Origin: an uncultured delta proteobacterium
Lineage (GTDB): Bacteria > Desulfobacterota > Binatia > UBA9968
Reading direction: 5' to 3'
Assembly: GCA_963745035.1 (NCBI GenBank)
Contig: CAVUVW010000013.1
Span: forward strand, 672,001-736,000
Length of the DNA: 64,000 nt
Shown here: positions 25,578 through 34,960 of the stretch, one piece after another
How positions within the stretch are numbered: the stretch's first letter is position 1
Layout of the letters: every line of letters starts with the position of its first letter
Position numbers and translations under genes: made by a program
The notes under the pieces: generated by a model
Databases searched by the model: none
What the model was told of the DNA's origin: nothing
What the model saw: only the letters and a program-made list of their open reading frames with translations

Positions 25578-26411
25578 ATGTCAGCGCTAAATCTAGCGGA
25601 ATCCCTCGATCACTTCGTCGTGCCGGTGGACGACCTGATTGCCGCCGAAGAGTTTTATGTGCGCGTCTTCGACGGCGTGATCACCAAGCGCAACGGCTTG
25701 AACGTGCGCCAGCGCAAGCGCGGCGCCGTGCCGCATACTTTCATTCAGATCGGCGGCAAGCGCATGGGCGTCTACCTCCAGAGCGACGAGCGGCCACGAC
25801 CGGCGAGCCCGCGCGGGCTGCCAACCTATTCGTTTACGACCACGTCCGCGGGGCTCGAACAAACCATTTCGGATCTGCGCGCCTTGCATGTCGATTTTGA
25901 AGGACCGGTGGCGCATGCGCAGAGCTTTGCCGATCGGACGATCTTTCTGACCGATCCCGCCGGCAACCATTACGCCGTCTATGCGCCGAAGACTTCGAGC
26001 GCGACTGCCGCCAAAACCGAAAGGCGCATCACCGGCGTCGGCTACATTGAGCTCGAAGCGCCCGACGTCGGCGCCTCGATCAATTTTTACGCCAAAGTGC
26101 TCGGCTTCGAAGTGCAGGCAGAAAACAATTCTCAGGCAACGCTCAAGATGGCGAGCGGTCAGACGCTGATCCTGACGCGCTCGCCGTTCTCCTCCAAGGG
26201 ACTGGTGATGAGCCGCAAGGTGCCCGGCCCGCACATCGCATTTTATGTTCCGGCGGCTAAATGGAGCGCGGCACTCGCCCATCTCGCACGGCTCGGAATT
26301 GCCAATGGCGATCGCGGCGCCGCCAAAGAACGCCACGACGGGCAAGGCGGAACCTACATGGACGATCCCGCCGGCTACGTTATTCAATTCATCACCGATG
26401 GAATGGAGTGA
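25578..26411 (+). CDS. Double VOC (glyoxalase/extradiol dioxygenase fold) protein
   Basis: LDHFVVPVDDLIAAEEFY, DPAGNH, FYAKVLGF, HIAF and DPAGY motifs. Confidence 0.8.
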   Translation: MSALNLAESLDHFVVPVDDLIAAEEFYVRVFDGVITKRNGLNVRQRKRGAVPHTFIQIGGKRMGVYLQSDERPRPASPRGLPTYSFTTTSAGLEQTISDLRALHVDFEGPVAHAQSFADRTIFLTDPAGNHYAVYAPKTSSATAAKTERRITGVGYIELEAPDVGASINFYAKVLGFEVQAENNSQATLKMASGQTLILTRSPFSSKGLVMSRKVPGPHIAFYVPAAKWSAALAHLARLGIANGDRGAAKERHDGQGGTYMDDPAGYVIQFITDGME

Positions 26412-26421
26412 GCGACCGCCC

Positions 26422-27258
26422 GTGACCGACCGGCAAAAACGCGCGCGCTTGCGCGAAATCCTCGCCGATCCCAAAGGTGCACTTGCGCCCGGCGTGACCG
26501 ACGCTTTGTTTGCGCGCCTGGCGCAGGACTGCGGCTATGCCGCCGTGCATCTTTCCGGCAACGCCGTTCATAAGAATTTTTGCCTCCCCGACCGCAACCT
26601 GTTGGGCGCCCATCAGATCGCTCAACGCGCCGCCGAGATTGCCGAAGCTACGGCGATACCGCTGATCGTCGATGGCGGACCGGCATGCATCGAGCCGCTC
26701 GCGCTCGCCCGCGCGGTGAGATTTTACGAGCGCGCCGGCGCCGCCGCGATCCGCTTCGAGGACGGCCTGCTCAACGAATACGGCGCGCCGGCGGAGGACT
26801 TGGCGGTTGCGCCGCAGTCTCTGATGACCGACCGGATCAAAGCCGCGGCGGATGCGCGCCGCGATCCATCTCTGGCGCTGATCGCTCGCTGCGACTCGCG
26901 GCCGAAGGAATCCTTGGCGCAGGTCGAGGACCGCCTGGCGGCGTACGCCGAAGCCGGCGCCGACGCTCTCGGCGTGCAGCTCGACGCCGCCGAAGAATTC
27001 CGGCGCATCGGTGCGGCGCCGCCGGCGCCGCTGGTCAGCATGTGGCCGCGGCCGCTCATGAGCGCGTTCGAGTTTTTCGACATCGGCTTCCGCGTCGCGC
27101 TCATGCCGTCGAGCGTGCCGCTGGCGGCGCTGACCGCGGCGCGCGAAATGCTTCTCCAATTGCGCCAAACCGGCATCGACCGGGGCTATTTCGCCGAACA
27201 AAAGGAATTTTCCCCGACCGAGCGCTGGTATAAAAATTTAGGCAAGGCCGGCAACTGA
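26422..27258 (+). CDS. Isocitrate lyase/PEP mutase superfamily protein with a divergent active site
   Basis: APGVTDAL, LSG, LPD, IPLIVD, AGAAAIRFED, IARCD and YAEAGAD motifs. Confidence 0.8.
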   Translation: MTDRQKRARLREILADPKGALAPGVTDALFARLAQDCGYAAVHLSGNAVHKNFCLPDRNLLGAHQIAQRAAEIAEATAIPLIVDGGPACIEPLALARAVRFYERAGAAAIRFEDGLLNEYGAPAEDLAVAPQSLMTDRIKAAADARRDPSLALIARCDSRPKESLAQVEDRLAAYAEAGADALGVQLDAAEEFRRIGAAPPAPLVSMWPRPLMSAFEFFDIGFRVALMPSSVPLAALTAAREMLLQLRQTGIDRGYFAEQKEFSPTERWYKNLGKAGN

Positions 27259-27287
27259 CGGCGCCGAAAGATTCACGAGGAAACCGC

Positions 27288-27788
27288 ATGCTCAATGAAG
27301 TCGCGCTGCCACTCGCCTACCGGGTGACGCCCACCGGCCTCTATCTGATTTCCACCGCCCATGACGGCAAGCGCAACGTACAGTTCGCCTTTCGCGCGTT
27401 GGGCATCTCGGATGATCCGCCGCTCTTGTTGATCGGCATTCAGGAAAATAATTTCAGCCGCGAGATGATTCAGAAAAGCCGCGAATTCGTCGTCAACGTC
27501 TGCTCGGAAAACCAACTCCATGCCGTCAACCGCAGCCGCGATCTCTCCGGACGCAACGTGGAAGACAAATTTTTGGCCCTGGGCTTGGAAACGCTTGCGG
27601 CAAAGCATGTGCAAGCGCCGCTCGTCGCCGGCTGCCATGCCAATGTGGAATGCCGGTTGGTTCAGGAATTTTCCGTCGACGGCTTGTTTCTTTTCATCGG
27701 CGAAGCGCTCGCCGCCCACGTGGATGAGCAGGTGCCGCCTGTGGGCCGACTGGCGGGAAAAACTTTTCGGCTCGGCGAGCAGTTCTAG
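27288..27788 (+). CDS. Flavin reductase-like FMN-binding protein
   Basis: PPLLLIGI, EFVVNV, SGRNVEDKF, ECRL and LFIGE motifs. Confidence 0.85.
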   Translation: MLNEVALPLAYRVTPTGLYLISTAHDGKRNVQFAFRALGISDDPPLLLIGIQENNFSREMIQKSREFVVNVCSENQLHAVNRSRDLSGRNVEDKFLALGLETLAAKHVQAPLVAGCHANVECRLVQEFSVDGLFLFIGEALAAHVDEQVPPVGRLAGKTFRLGEQF

Positions 27789-27814
27789 TCCGCTCGAGCG
27801 TCAAAGGAGCACCC

Positions 27815-28882
27815 ATGGCGAAACAATCTAGATGGATCGTTCTGGCTTTGCTGAGCTGCGCGATGCTCGAGCCCAGGCCGGCCGGCGCCACGCCGTCGGA
27901 AGACGCTCTGGCCAGGATCAATCGGTTGCCGCCGGCAGAGCGGCAAGCGGCGCTGGTCAAAGAAGCAAAAAACGAAAAGAGCGTTGTCTGGTATGCGCCG
28001 ATGAACCGTGAAGATCTGCGCCAGTTCACCGGCGCCTTCGAGGCCGAATACCCGTTTCTGAAAGTCGAGATTCTGACCGGCGGTCCCCAGAGCCTGCTCA
28101 ACCGTATCTTGACCGAGCATCGCGCCGGGCGCCACAATTACGACACTCTCAATATCCGCAGCTCCGCGCTCTTTACACTCAAAAAAGCCAACGCCGTTGG
28201 GCGCTTCGATTCGCCCCACCGGCGCGGCCTGCGTCCCGGGTTTTACGATAAAGACGGCTACTTCAACGGCATATGGGCGTCGCTCATGGTCTTCCTGTTC
28301 AATGCCAAGCAGGTCAACAAAGCGGAGGCGCCGAAATCGATCAACGATCTATTGCAGCCGCGCTGGAAAGGGAAAATGGGCATCGATCAGGACGCCGACG
28401 ACTGGCTCGCCGCTTTGCTGGAATACTATGGCGATGACAAAGGCAGGCAAATCGCGCGCAGCCTCGGCGCGCAGGCCCTTCATATAAGAAAGGGCCGCAC
28501 CTTGGTTTCTCAACTCGTGGCGGCGGGCGAGTTCCCGTTGCAGATCGATGCCCATCATCACGAGGCCACTGCCCTGCGCCGAGCCGGCGCGCCCGTCGAC
28601 TACGTTTTTCCCGAGCCGTTCGTTCCGGTGAAATCGGTTTCTTCGCTCGTCATGTCCTCGCAGCCGCCCCATCCGCACGCGGCCGCGCTCCTGGTCGATT
28701 TCATGATTTCGCGCAAGGGCCAGGAGATCGCGTTCAAGCAGCGCCGCTGGCCGGCTCTCAAAGATCTCGCCGCCGGCGGTCCCGACGACGTCGGCAACCG
28801 CAACACTTTGGTCCCGGACGCGGAGAAGTGGGGTAGCCGGTACGAAGAGTTGGTCCAGTTAACGAAGGTGCTAGGCAGCTAG
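27815..28882 (+). CDS. Extracellular solute-binding protein (Fe/thiamine/polyamine type)
   Basis: Signal peptide, FEAEYPFL, DLLQPRWKG, LVAAGE and PHPHAAALLVDF motifs. Confidence 0.85.
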   Translation: MAKQSRWIVLALLSCAMLEPRPAGATPSEDALARINRLPPAERQAALVKEAKNEKSVVWYAPMNREDLRQFTGAFEAEYPFLKVEILTGGPQSLLNRILTEHRAGRHNYDTLNIRSSALFTLKKANAVGRFDSPHRRGLRPGFYDKDGYFNGIWASLMVFLFNAKQVNKAEAPKSINDLLQPRWKGKMGIDQDADDWLAALLEYYGDDKGRQIARSLGAQALHIRKGRTLVSQLVAAGEFPLQIDAHHHEATALRRAGAPVDYVFPEPFVPVKSVSSLVMSSQPPHPHAAALLVDFMISRKGQEIAFKQRRWPALKDLAAGGPDDVGNRNTLVPDAEKWGSRYEELVQLTKVLGS

Positions 28883-28940
28883 AGAGCGCTACATCAAGGC
28901 GTAAAACACGGGCTGCTATCACGCCCGGGTGAAGACTCAC

Positions 28941-30113
28941 TCACGATTCGTTCGACCGGCGCGCGCGGTGTCTTTCTTCTAAGCGCTCCGCCGCCACGAT
29001 CTGGCTCGATCGCATGCGTTCGAAGGAACGCGCGATCTCGCCGATTTCATCGGTTTGTTGAAGCGCCAGAGACGCGGAAAAATCTCCCTGGCTGATCCGC
29101 TCGGCGCGCTCGACGAGCTCGGTCCACCGTCGCTCCAGCGAGCGGGCGACCCGCAGTAACGCCGCGACCACGCCGAGTAACGAGAGAAGCGTCGCCGCCG
29201 CGACCAATACGACGACCCGCCGGGCTTCCGCCTCGATATCCTGCCGGCCAACTGCGACATGGACAAACCCTGATTCGCCTTCACCGGTGCGCCGCGCCGT
29301 TTCGTAAACGGTTACGCCGCGATACTCGTCGTCCATGCCTTGCAGTGCCCGCTCTGCCGAATCTGGAAAATCCCGGCGCAGATAACGCGGCAAATCCTTG
29401 GGCCAATGGCCGACGATTTGCCCGCTCGGGTCTTCAACGTAGGCATACGTCAGCTTGTTCTTCGAAGCGTACTTTTCAACCGCGCCGGCCACCTCGTTCA
29501 CGCGCCCGGCCGCCAATGCCGGCGCGATGATCTCGCGCAGCCCGAACACCATGACGTCGACGCGTTCTTTGGCTTGTCTCTCGATCGCTTGGCTGAGAAA
29601 GCCGTAGACGATCACGCAGATCACGATTCCGAATAGACTTGCGAGAGCGCCGATGAAAAATACCAGCTTGCGGACCAAGCCGAAGTGCTGCCGAGCGCCC
29701 GGCGCAGGCGCGGCATGACGCGGACGCCCCATGGACGAAATCGCCGGCGCTTTAGTACGCCTCCAGACGGGATCGTTCACGGTAACTTCGGGCGTGGCCT
29801 GGCTCATCGCCCGCTTCGCCCGGCCGACCATGAACCACAAAAGTCCGAGCGCAAGCGCCGCTCCCAAAACCGGCAATAAAAGAGCGCTGATCCGACTGTT
29901 GAGAACCGGATCGGACGGCGGCGCAAAAATCGCGGCGAGGGTGGCAAGAGCCCTGCCGAGAAAACGGCTCGCGCTCCAGCTCCACTGGCTGGAAAACGAG
30001 TAGTCCGCCAGAAGAGCGCAGAGGGCAAGCGAGATTATCGTCGGACCGGCTAATCTTCGATGTCGCATCAACTCAGATCGTCCTAGTTTTACCGAGGGCG
30101 CCGTGAGAACCAC
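28941..30113 (-). CDS. Membrane protein with a periplasmic region and C-terminal HAMP domain, no output domain (start uncertain)
   Basis: TM helices; ends with AERISQGDFS...DEIGEIARSFERMR. Confidence 0.7.
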   Translation of the reverse strand: MVLTAPSVKLGRSELMRHRRLAGPTIISLALCALLADYSFSSQWSWSASRFLGRALATLAAIFAPPSDPVLNSRISALLLPVLGAALALGLLWFMVGRAKRAMSQATPEVTVNDPVWRRTKAPAISSMGRPRHAAPAPGARQHFGLVRKLVFFIGALASLFGIVICVIVYGFLSQAIERQAKERVDVMVFGLREIIAPALAAGRVNEVAGAVEKYASKNKLTYAYVEDPSGQIVGHWPKDLPRYLRRDFPDSAERALQGMDDEYRGVTVYETARRTGEGESGFVHVAVGRQDIEAEARRVVVLVAAATLLSLLGVVAALLRVARSLERRWTELVERAERISQGDFSASLALQQTDEIGEIARSFERMRSSQIVAAERLEERHRARRSNES

Positions 30114-30233
30114 CCGGCGGAGCGCGCCAAGCCGCTCTCCCGGGCGCCAAGCGAATTTAAGAAACCGAGCGCTTCGCCCGACGTCACAAGCCGCGCGCTC
30201 CGCGGCGCGACTCCCAGGCAGAGATCTTACTTC

Positions 30234-31523
30234 TTATTCGCTCTGCCTGCCATCGCTTTGCAGCGCCTCCAGGGCTTTCTCAATCAATTGCCGTCTCAAC
30301 TTTTTTTCGTCCTCCGGCAGGAGACTCGCGTCGCCCACCACGTGCACGATGCCGTTGCCGAGCACCAGGCGATTGGCCCCGATCATTTTTGCGACCGGTA
30401 AAGCCGAGGTGATTTGCACCGTCGGGATACCGGCCTTTTCCAATTCAGTGGTGATCGCAGCGCCGCTGCGCGTGCTCGTCCCTCACGTGGAAGTGAGAAT
30501 CACCGCATCGACGCCGAGCTTTCTCGCCTTCTCCGCCATCTCGCGCCCCATGCGGCGGGTGTTGGACAGCGGATTGGCGAGACCCGACGTCGAGATGAAT
30601 TCACCGCACAACGCACCGATGGCGCCGTCGCTTTCGAGCTCGCGCATCACATCCAGCGGCACCAGCCGGTGGGGATCTTGCCGGACGAATTGCGGATCGT
30701 AGCCGCCGTGCGAGATCTCATAATCTTCGCCGCGCAGATCGTCGCGGCCCTCGATGTTGTAGGCGCCCCACCGTGTCGCCGCCGAGCCCTGGATCTTGTC
30801 CGGATTGCCCTTCGGCACCAGACCGCCGTCGGTGATCAGCATCACTTTCGCTTTTGCGAGGTCGCCGACCGGCGGCGGCATCGGTATGGGCGCGAACGCC
30901 GCCGGCGCCATTTCCGATTCGAACGGCCGGCCGGTGAATTTGGCCAATGCCATTTCGACCAACCGCTCTCCAGCGGTCTTCTCCACGAACTGATCGCGAA
31001 TCAAGCCGCGCGGGATGTAGCCCTCCTCTTTTGGCGAACCGATCCGTTGTTGCTGCATCAGCTTAGGGGCAAATTGCCCCATCTTCGCCAAGACCTCGCG
31101 CATCTTCCCGGCGTTGTCTCCCGAGTCGATGATGTACAAGGATTCACGGTAGAGATCGACGCCGGGATTCTCCGGCGCCATGGCCGTGATCGCCGGAATG
31201 CCGAGCTGCGCCTGCGCCGCGGCACAAAGCGCGCCGGCCGCCATGCCATATCGTCCGGCGAGAAAGCACGGACCTGCGACGAGCAGATCTGCGCGGCTCT
31301 CACGAATTTTCTCCAGCGCCGCGCCGACAAACGCCTCCTGCCGCTCTACCGCGTAGTTATCGCCGCACACCAGCGTGAGCACCACCTGCGAATCGGCGCC
31401 GAACGCCTGCGCGAGCAGCTGCCCGGGCCCGACCGCCTGCGCGCGCGCTTCAAGCGCCGCTCCCGCTTGCTCCTCGCCGCCGAGCCCGCCGAAAAACTGA
31501 TTCAGATAATGGGCGATGCGCAT
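30234..31523 (-). CDS. grdB: Glycine/sarcosine/betaine reductase selenoprotein B homolog; Sec at TGA 30483-30485
   Basis: RIAHYLNQFFGGLGGEE, VCGDNY, AGPCFLAGRYG, HGGYD and DAVILTST-TGA-GTSTRSGA, continuing in frame into EKAGIPTVQIT...IGANR. Confidence 0.9.
30456..30470 (-). promoter_or_regulatory. SECIS-like hairpin CGCAGC-GGC-GCTGCG, 12 nt after the UGA
   Basis: Perfect 6-bp stem with a G-containing loop at a typical bacterial SECIS distance. Confidence 0.6.
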
Positions 31524-31578
31524 ATTCAACACACTCTCAGGCACGGCATTCCCGTGTCCTGTTGTTGCCTGTTGCCTT

Positions 31579-32853
31579 TCAATACATTACCGACCGGAGC
31601 CGCGACGCGCCCTGCTGGTTGGCGACACCGACGACGTTGAGGGAATCGATCTCGAACGGACCGGCGAGCAGCTCCGCCAATCCGCTGTTGGCCGCAATCA
31701 CGCGCTCCACCCGCGGCAGCGTCCAGCTCGTGCTATTGCCGCCGATGCAGACGATCGCATCGACTTCGGGGAAGTTGAACAGCAGCGCCGATTCAACTCG
31801 CCGGTCGCGCGCTAGGTCGGTGACCTGCACCGAGGTCTTGACGCCGTCGCATTCCAACAACCGGGCGGTCTCGGACAAATCCGTATGCGGCACGCCGCCG
31901 CCGAACTTAGTCAGCACCGCGGCGTCGGCCTTGAGCGCCCATTTGACCAAATGGGCGGCAAAACGCGTGTTGCGCTCGCGGTCGAAATTGTCGGCCGACG
32001 CAACAGTGGCGACCGTGCCGACGAAATTCAACTCGCACGCCCGATGGCGGCGGTAAAGCGCATTGATGACGGGATGGTTCTGATAGAAATACGTCTCTGC
32101 GCCGCCGAGCGATGCGTGATACGACGGCAGCAGCGCCCCATCGAGCCATTCATTGGGATGGAGCACGGTCGGTAGCATGCCCTCGGTGTCCGCGCCGTAA
32201 AGAATCGATTCGCCGGCCTCGGGCTTTCTCTGGCGCGAGAAAATCTGGCCGACGTAGGCGAAGCGCGGCAAGGCGGCGCGATCGGCCCCGACCTCCGTGT
32301 CGAGATTTTCCAGGCGCGCCGGGCGCGCTGAAAATGCCGCCTGTGCCAGACGCACGGCGACTTTGAGTTGCGCCAGCCGGTAGGCCCTGAGGCGCGCGTG
32401 CGCCGGCAAATCGACCCTCGTATGCGGGACGATGATCAGATGCAGAAGCTTCCCATATTCCGAGCCGGCGGCGGCTTCCCCGCTCATTTCCAGAACGTAG
32501 CCCGTCGCGCCGCGCGATTCCCCGGGCGATTGCTCGCGCACCGCGGCCACGGCCATACCGGCCAGAACATGGGTCGCGCCCCCGCCCGCGGTTTGCGGGG
32601 CGCCGAGCACGCCGGGCCAGTCCGGACTCGCCCCGGGCTCCTTCGCCCGCGGCTCGACGATATCGAATACCGGGCCCGCGCGGCAGCTCTCGCCCGGTCG
32701 AACGATCTCGAAATCCACCGACTCGATCGACGCATCGCGCAGCACTAGATTGCGCAATTCCTCTTTGTCGAGCGCCAGCGTGGCTCCATTCAGGCGAGTT
32801 TCGGGGCCGAAACCAATCTCGTCGATGGGATGAACAGCGAGTGTCAAAGTCAT
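31579..32853 (-). CDS. Glycine/sarcosine/betaine reductase component B proprotein (GrdE/GrdG/GrdI family)
   Basis: RPGESCRAGPVFDIVEPRAK, LHPNEWLDGA, YQNHP, LNFVG and GGGVPHTD motifs; directly upstream of grdB. Confidence 0.85.
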   Translation of the reverse strand: MTLTLAVHPIDEIGFGPETRLNGATLALDKEELRNLVLRDASIESVDFEIVRPGESCRAGPVFDIVEPRAKEPGASPDWPGVLGAPQTAGGGATHVLAGMAVAAVREQSPGESRGATGYVLEMSGEAAAGSEYGKLLHLIIVPHTRVDLPAHARLRAYRLAQLKVAVRLAQAAFSARPARLENLDTEVGADRAALPRFAYVGQIFSRQRKPEAGESILYGADTEGMLPTVLHPNEWLDGALLPSYHASLGGAETYFYQNHPVINALYRRHRACELNFVGTVATVASADNFDRERNTRFAAHLVKWALKADAAVLTKFGGGVPHTDLSETARLLECDGVKTSVQVTDLARDRRVESALLFNFPEVDAIVCIGGNSTSWTLPRVERVIAANSGLAELLAGPFEIDSLNVVGVANQQGASRLRSVMY

Positions 32854-33116
32854 GGCAGAGTCGCCTAGAGTGGGATTCCGTGGCAATGCGATGATTTTAG
32901 GGCGGCACGAAAGAGAATGTCAATTGGATCGCGAGCTGACGCGGTCAAGCGGCTCTTTGCTGATGAGGCATTTCAGTGACTCCGCGCCCCGTTCTGAGAA
33001 AAGGGCATCCCCTGAGCGCAGTGAAGATCCGCTTTCAACTGAACCACCGCAAATCTTTGTCCAACTTGACATCGGCTGGCACCCGGCATTAGGCTCATGT
33101 CATCGGGAAAGCCACC

Positions 33117-34286
33117 ATGGCGAAAGACGGATTCAAAGTCTTCGACAGCGACATGCACATCATGGAGCCGCCCGATCTTTGGCAACGCTACATCGATGGC
33201 GAATTTCGCGAGCGCGCGCCGCGCGGCCGGACGTCTGAAAACGTGCGTGATCTCGGCATGATTTTCCCCGACGCGCCGCCCGACACGCGGCGCACCAACG
33301 GCACGCCCCACCGCGGCCGCAATTTCAACAAGAACCAGGAAATTTATCGCGATCACGCGGAGCGCGGCTGGACCGGCGAGGTGCAACTCGAAGCGATGGA
33401 TACCGAAGGCATCGACCGCGCCGTGCTCTTTCCCACGCGCGGCCTGGGCATCCTCACCTATCCCGATCAAGACCCGCGCTTTGCCGCGGCGATGGCGCGG
33501 GCGTACAACGACTGGCTGCACGACTTTTGCCAAGCTGATCCCGATCGCCTGCTCGGCGCGGGCATGATCTCGGTTTACAACATCGGCGATGCCGTCGCCG
33601 AGACGCGGCGCGTCGCGACGGAATACGGATTTCGCTCAGTGTTTCTTCGCTCCAATATCATCAACGGCAAAAATTGGTACGACGCCGATTACGAGCCGCT
33701 CTGGAACGCGCTGGAGGAGCTGAATCTGCCGCTCGGCTTCCACGAAGCCTCAGCATCGCGCTCACGCCAATGCGCCGAGAACTTCGAGCCCAATTTCGGC
33801 ATGCGCCGCGTGTATGCCCAGCCTTTCGAGCAAATGCTCGGCCTCGGCAGTTTTATCGGCGGCGGCATTTTGGAGCGCCATCCGAACATGAAGGTGGCGT
33901 TTCTTGAAGCCAACTGCTCCTGGCTGCCGTGGCTCTTGTGGCGCCTGGATGAAGGCTACGAGCGCGAAGGCGATATCTTCATGGAAGATCTGAAAATGGC
34001 GCCGAGCGAATACTTCAAGCGCCAATGCTTTATATCGGTGGAGCCCGACGAAACGCCGGCGCGCCATACCATCGAAGAATTCGGCTGCGACCAATTGGTA
34101 TTTTCCACCGACTACCCCCACGGCGACTCCAAATACCCGCACGCGGTCGAAAGCTTTCTCAAGCTCTCGCTGTCCAATGAAGAGAAGCGCAAAATCTTGT
34201 GGGACAATTGCGCGCGCTTCTACGGCGACGGCGAGAATGGTGGCAGCCGGCTCGCTGAAACCGTACCAGCAACACTGCACCGATAG
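33117..34286 (+). CDS. Amidohydrolase family 2 protein
   Basis: DSDMHIMEP, RAYNDWL, LGFHE, FLEANCSW and FSTDYPHGD motifs. Confidence 0.9.
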   Translation: MAKDGFKVFDSDMHIMEPPDLWQRYIDGEFRERAPRGRTSENVRDLGMIFPDAPPDTRRTNGTPHRGRNFNKNQEIYRDHAERGWTGEVQLEAMDTEGIDRAVLFPTRGLGILTYPDQDPRFAAAMARAYNDWLHDFCQADPDRLLGAGMISVYNIGDAVAETRRVATEYGFRSVFLRSNIINGKNWYDADYEPLWNALEELNLPLGFHEASASRSRQCAENFEPNFGMRRVYAQPFEQMLGLGSFIGGGILERHPNMKVAFLEANCSWLPWLLWRLDEGYEREGDIFMEDLKMAPSEYFKRQCFISVEPDETPARHTIEEFGCDQLVFSTDYPHGDSKYPHAVESFLKLSLSNEEKRKILWDNCARFYGDGENGGSRLAETVPATLHR

Positions 34287-34295
34287 GAGGATGTC

Positions 34296-34937
34296 ATGGA
34301 AACGCAAATGGAAACTCCCATGGAGAAACTGGAGCAAGGCGAGAATGCCATGGAGCGCTTCATCCGAAAAACCCGCGCGCTGTTCGCCAAGGAGCCGGAT
34401 CTGGAAAAGCGCTGGAACTCTTTGCGGCCGATCCTGGCGGAACTGTTAGCCGATCCGGCGCTGATGGAGGCGGCAAAGCATTGGCCCGATTGCGTTCCCG
34501 CCAACGGCCGGGCGGAAAATCTGCTGTTCTACGCAGATCCGGACTACGGCTTCGCCATCAACGGGCTCACCAAAGGCGAGGCCCGCCACGGGCAGCCGGC
34601 GCGCATCCACGATCATGCGCACATCTACACGCTCTATGGCGTGCTCGACGGCCGCGAGCGGGTCGTGCGCTACGACCGGCTCGACGATCGATCGAAATCG
34701 GACTATGCCGAGATTCGCGAGAGCAGCAACGTGCTCGTCGGTCCCGGCGAAATCGACCTGGTGAAACCTTACGAGATCCACACCGAGATCACCGTCGGCG
34801 AACGCACCGTGGCGGTCATCATTCGCAGCCAAAAGGGCGGCGACTTCAATCAAGGCCGCTACATCCCCGAGAAAAACGGTTACTACGAGAGCCTGGGGCC
34901 GCGCCAGACGCCCTGTGAGATGCTCCCTAGGCGCTGA
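34296..34937 (+). CDS. Cysteine-dioxygenase-like cupin metalloprotein
   Basis: IHDH...YGVLDGRE and EIHTE; RBS aggagg. Confidence 0.7.
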   Translation: METQMETPMEKLEQGENAMERFIRKTRALFAKEPDLEKRWNSLRPILAELLADPALMEAAKHWPDCVPANGRAENLLFYADPDYGFAINGLTKGEARHGQPARIHDHAHIYTLYGVLDGRERVVRYDRLDDRSKSDYAEIRESSNVLVGPGEIDLVKPYEIHTEITVGERTVAVIIRSQKGGDFNQGRYIPEKNGYYESLGPRQTPCEMLPRR

Positions 34938-34960
34938 AAGCAACCTCAACGGAGGATCTT

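Noticed and set aside
33005-33035. REP-like remnant (catcccctgagcgcagtgaagatcc)
   Set aside because: A single degenerate copy with no partner in the window.
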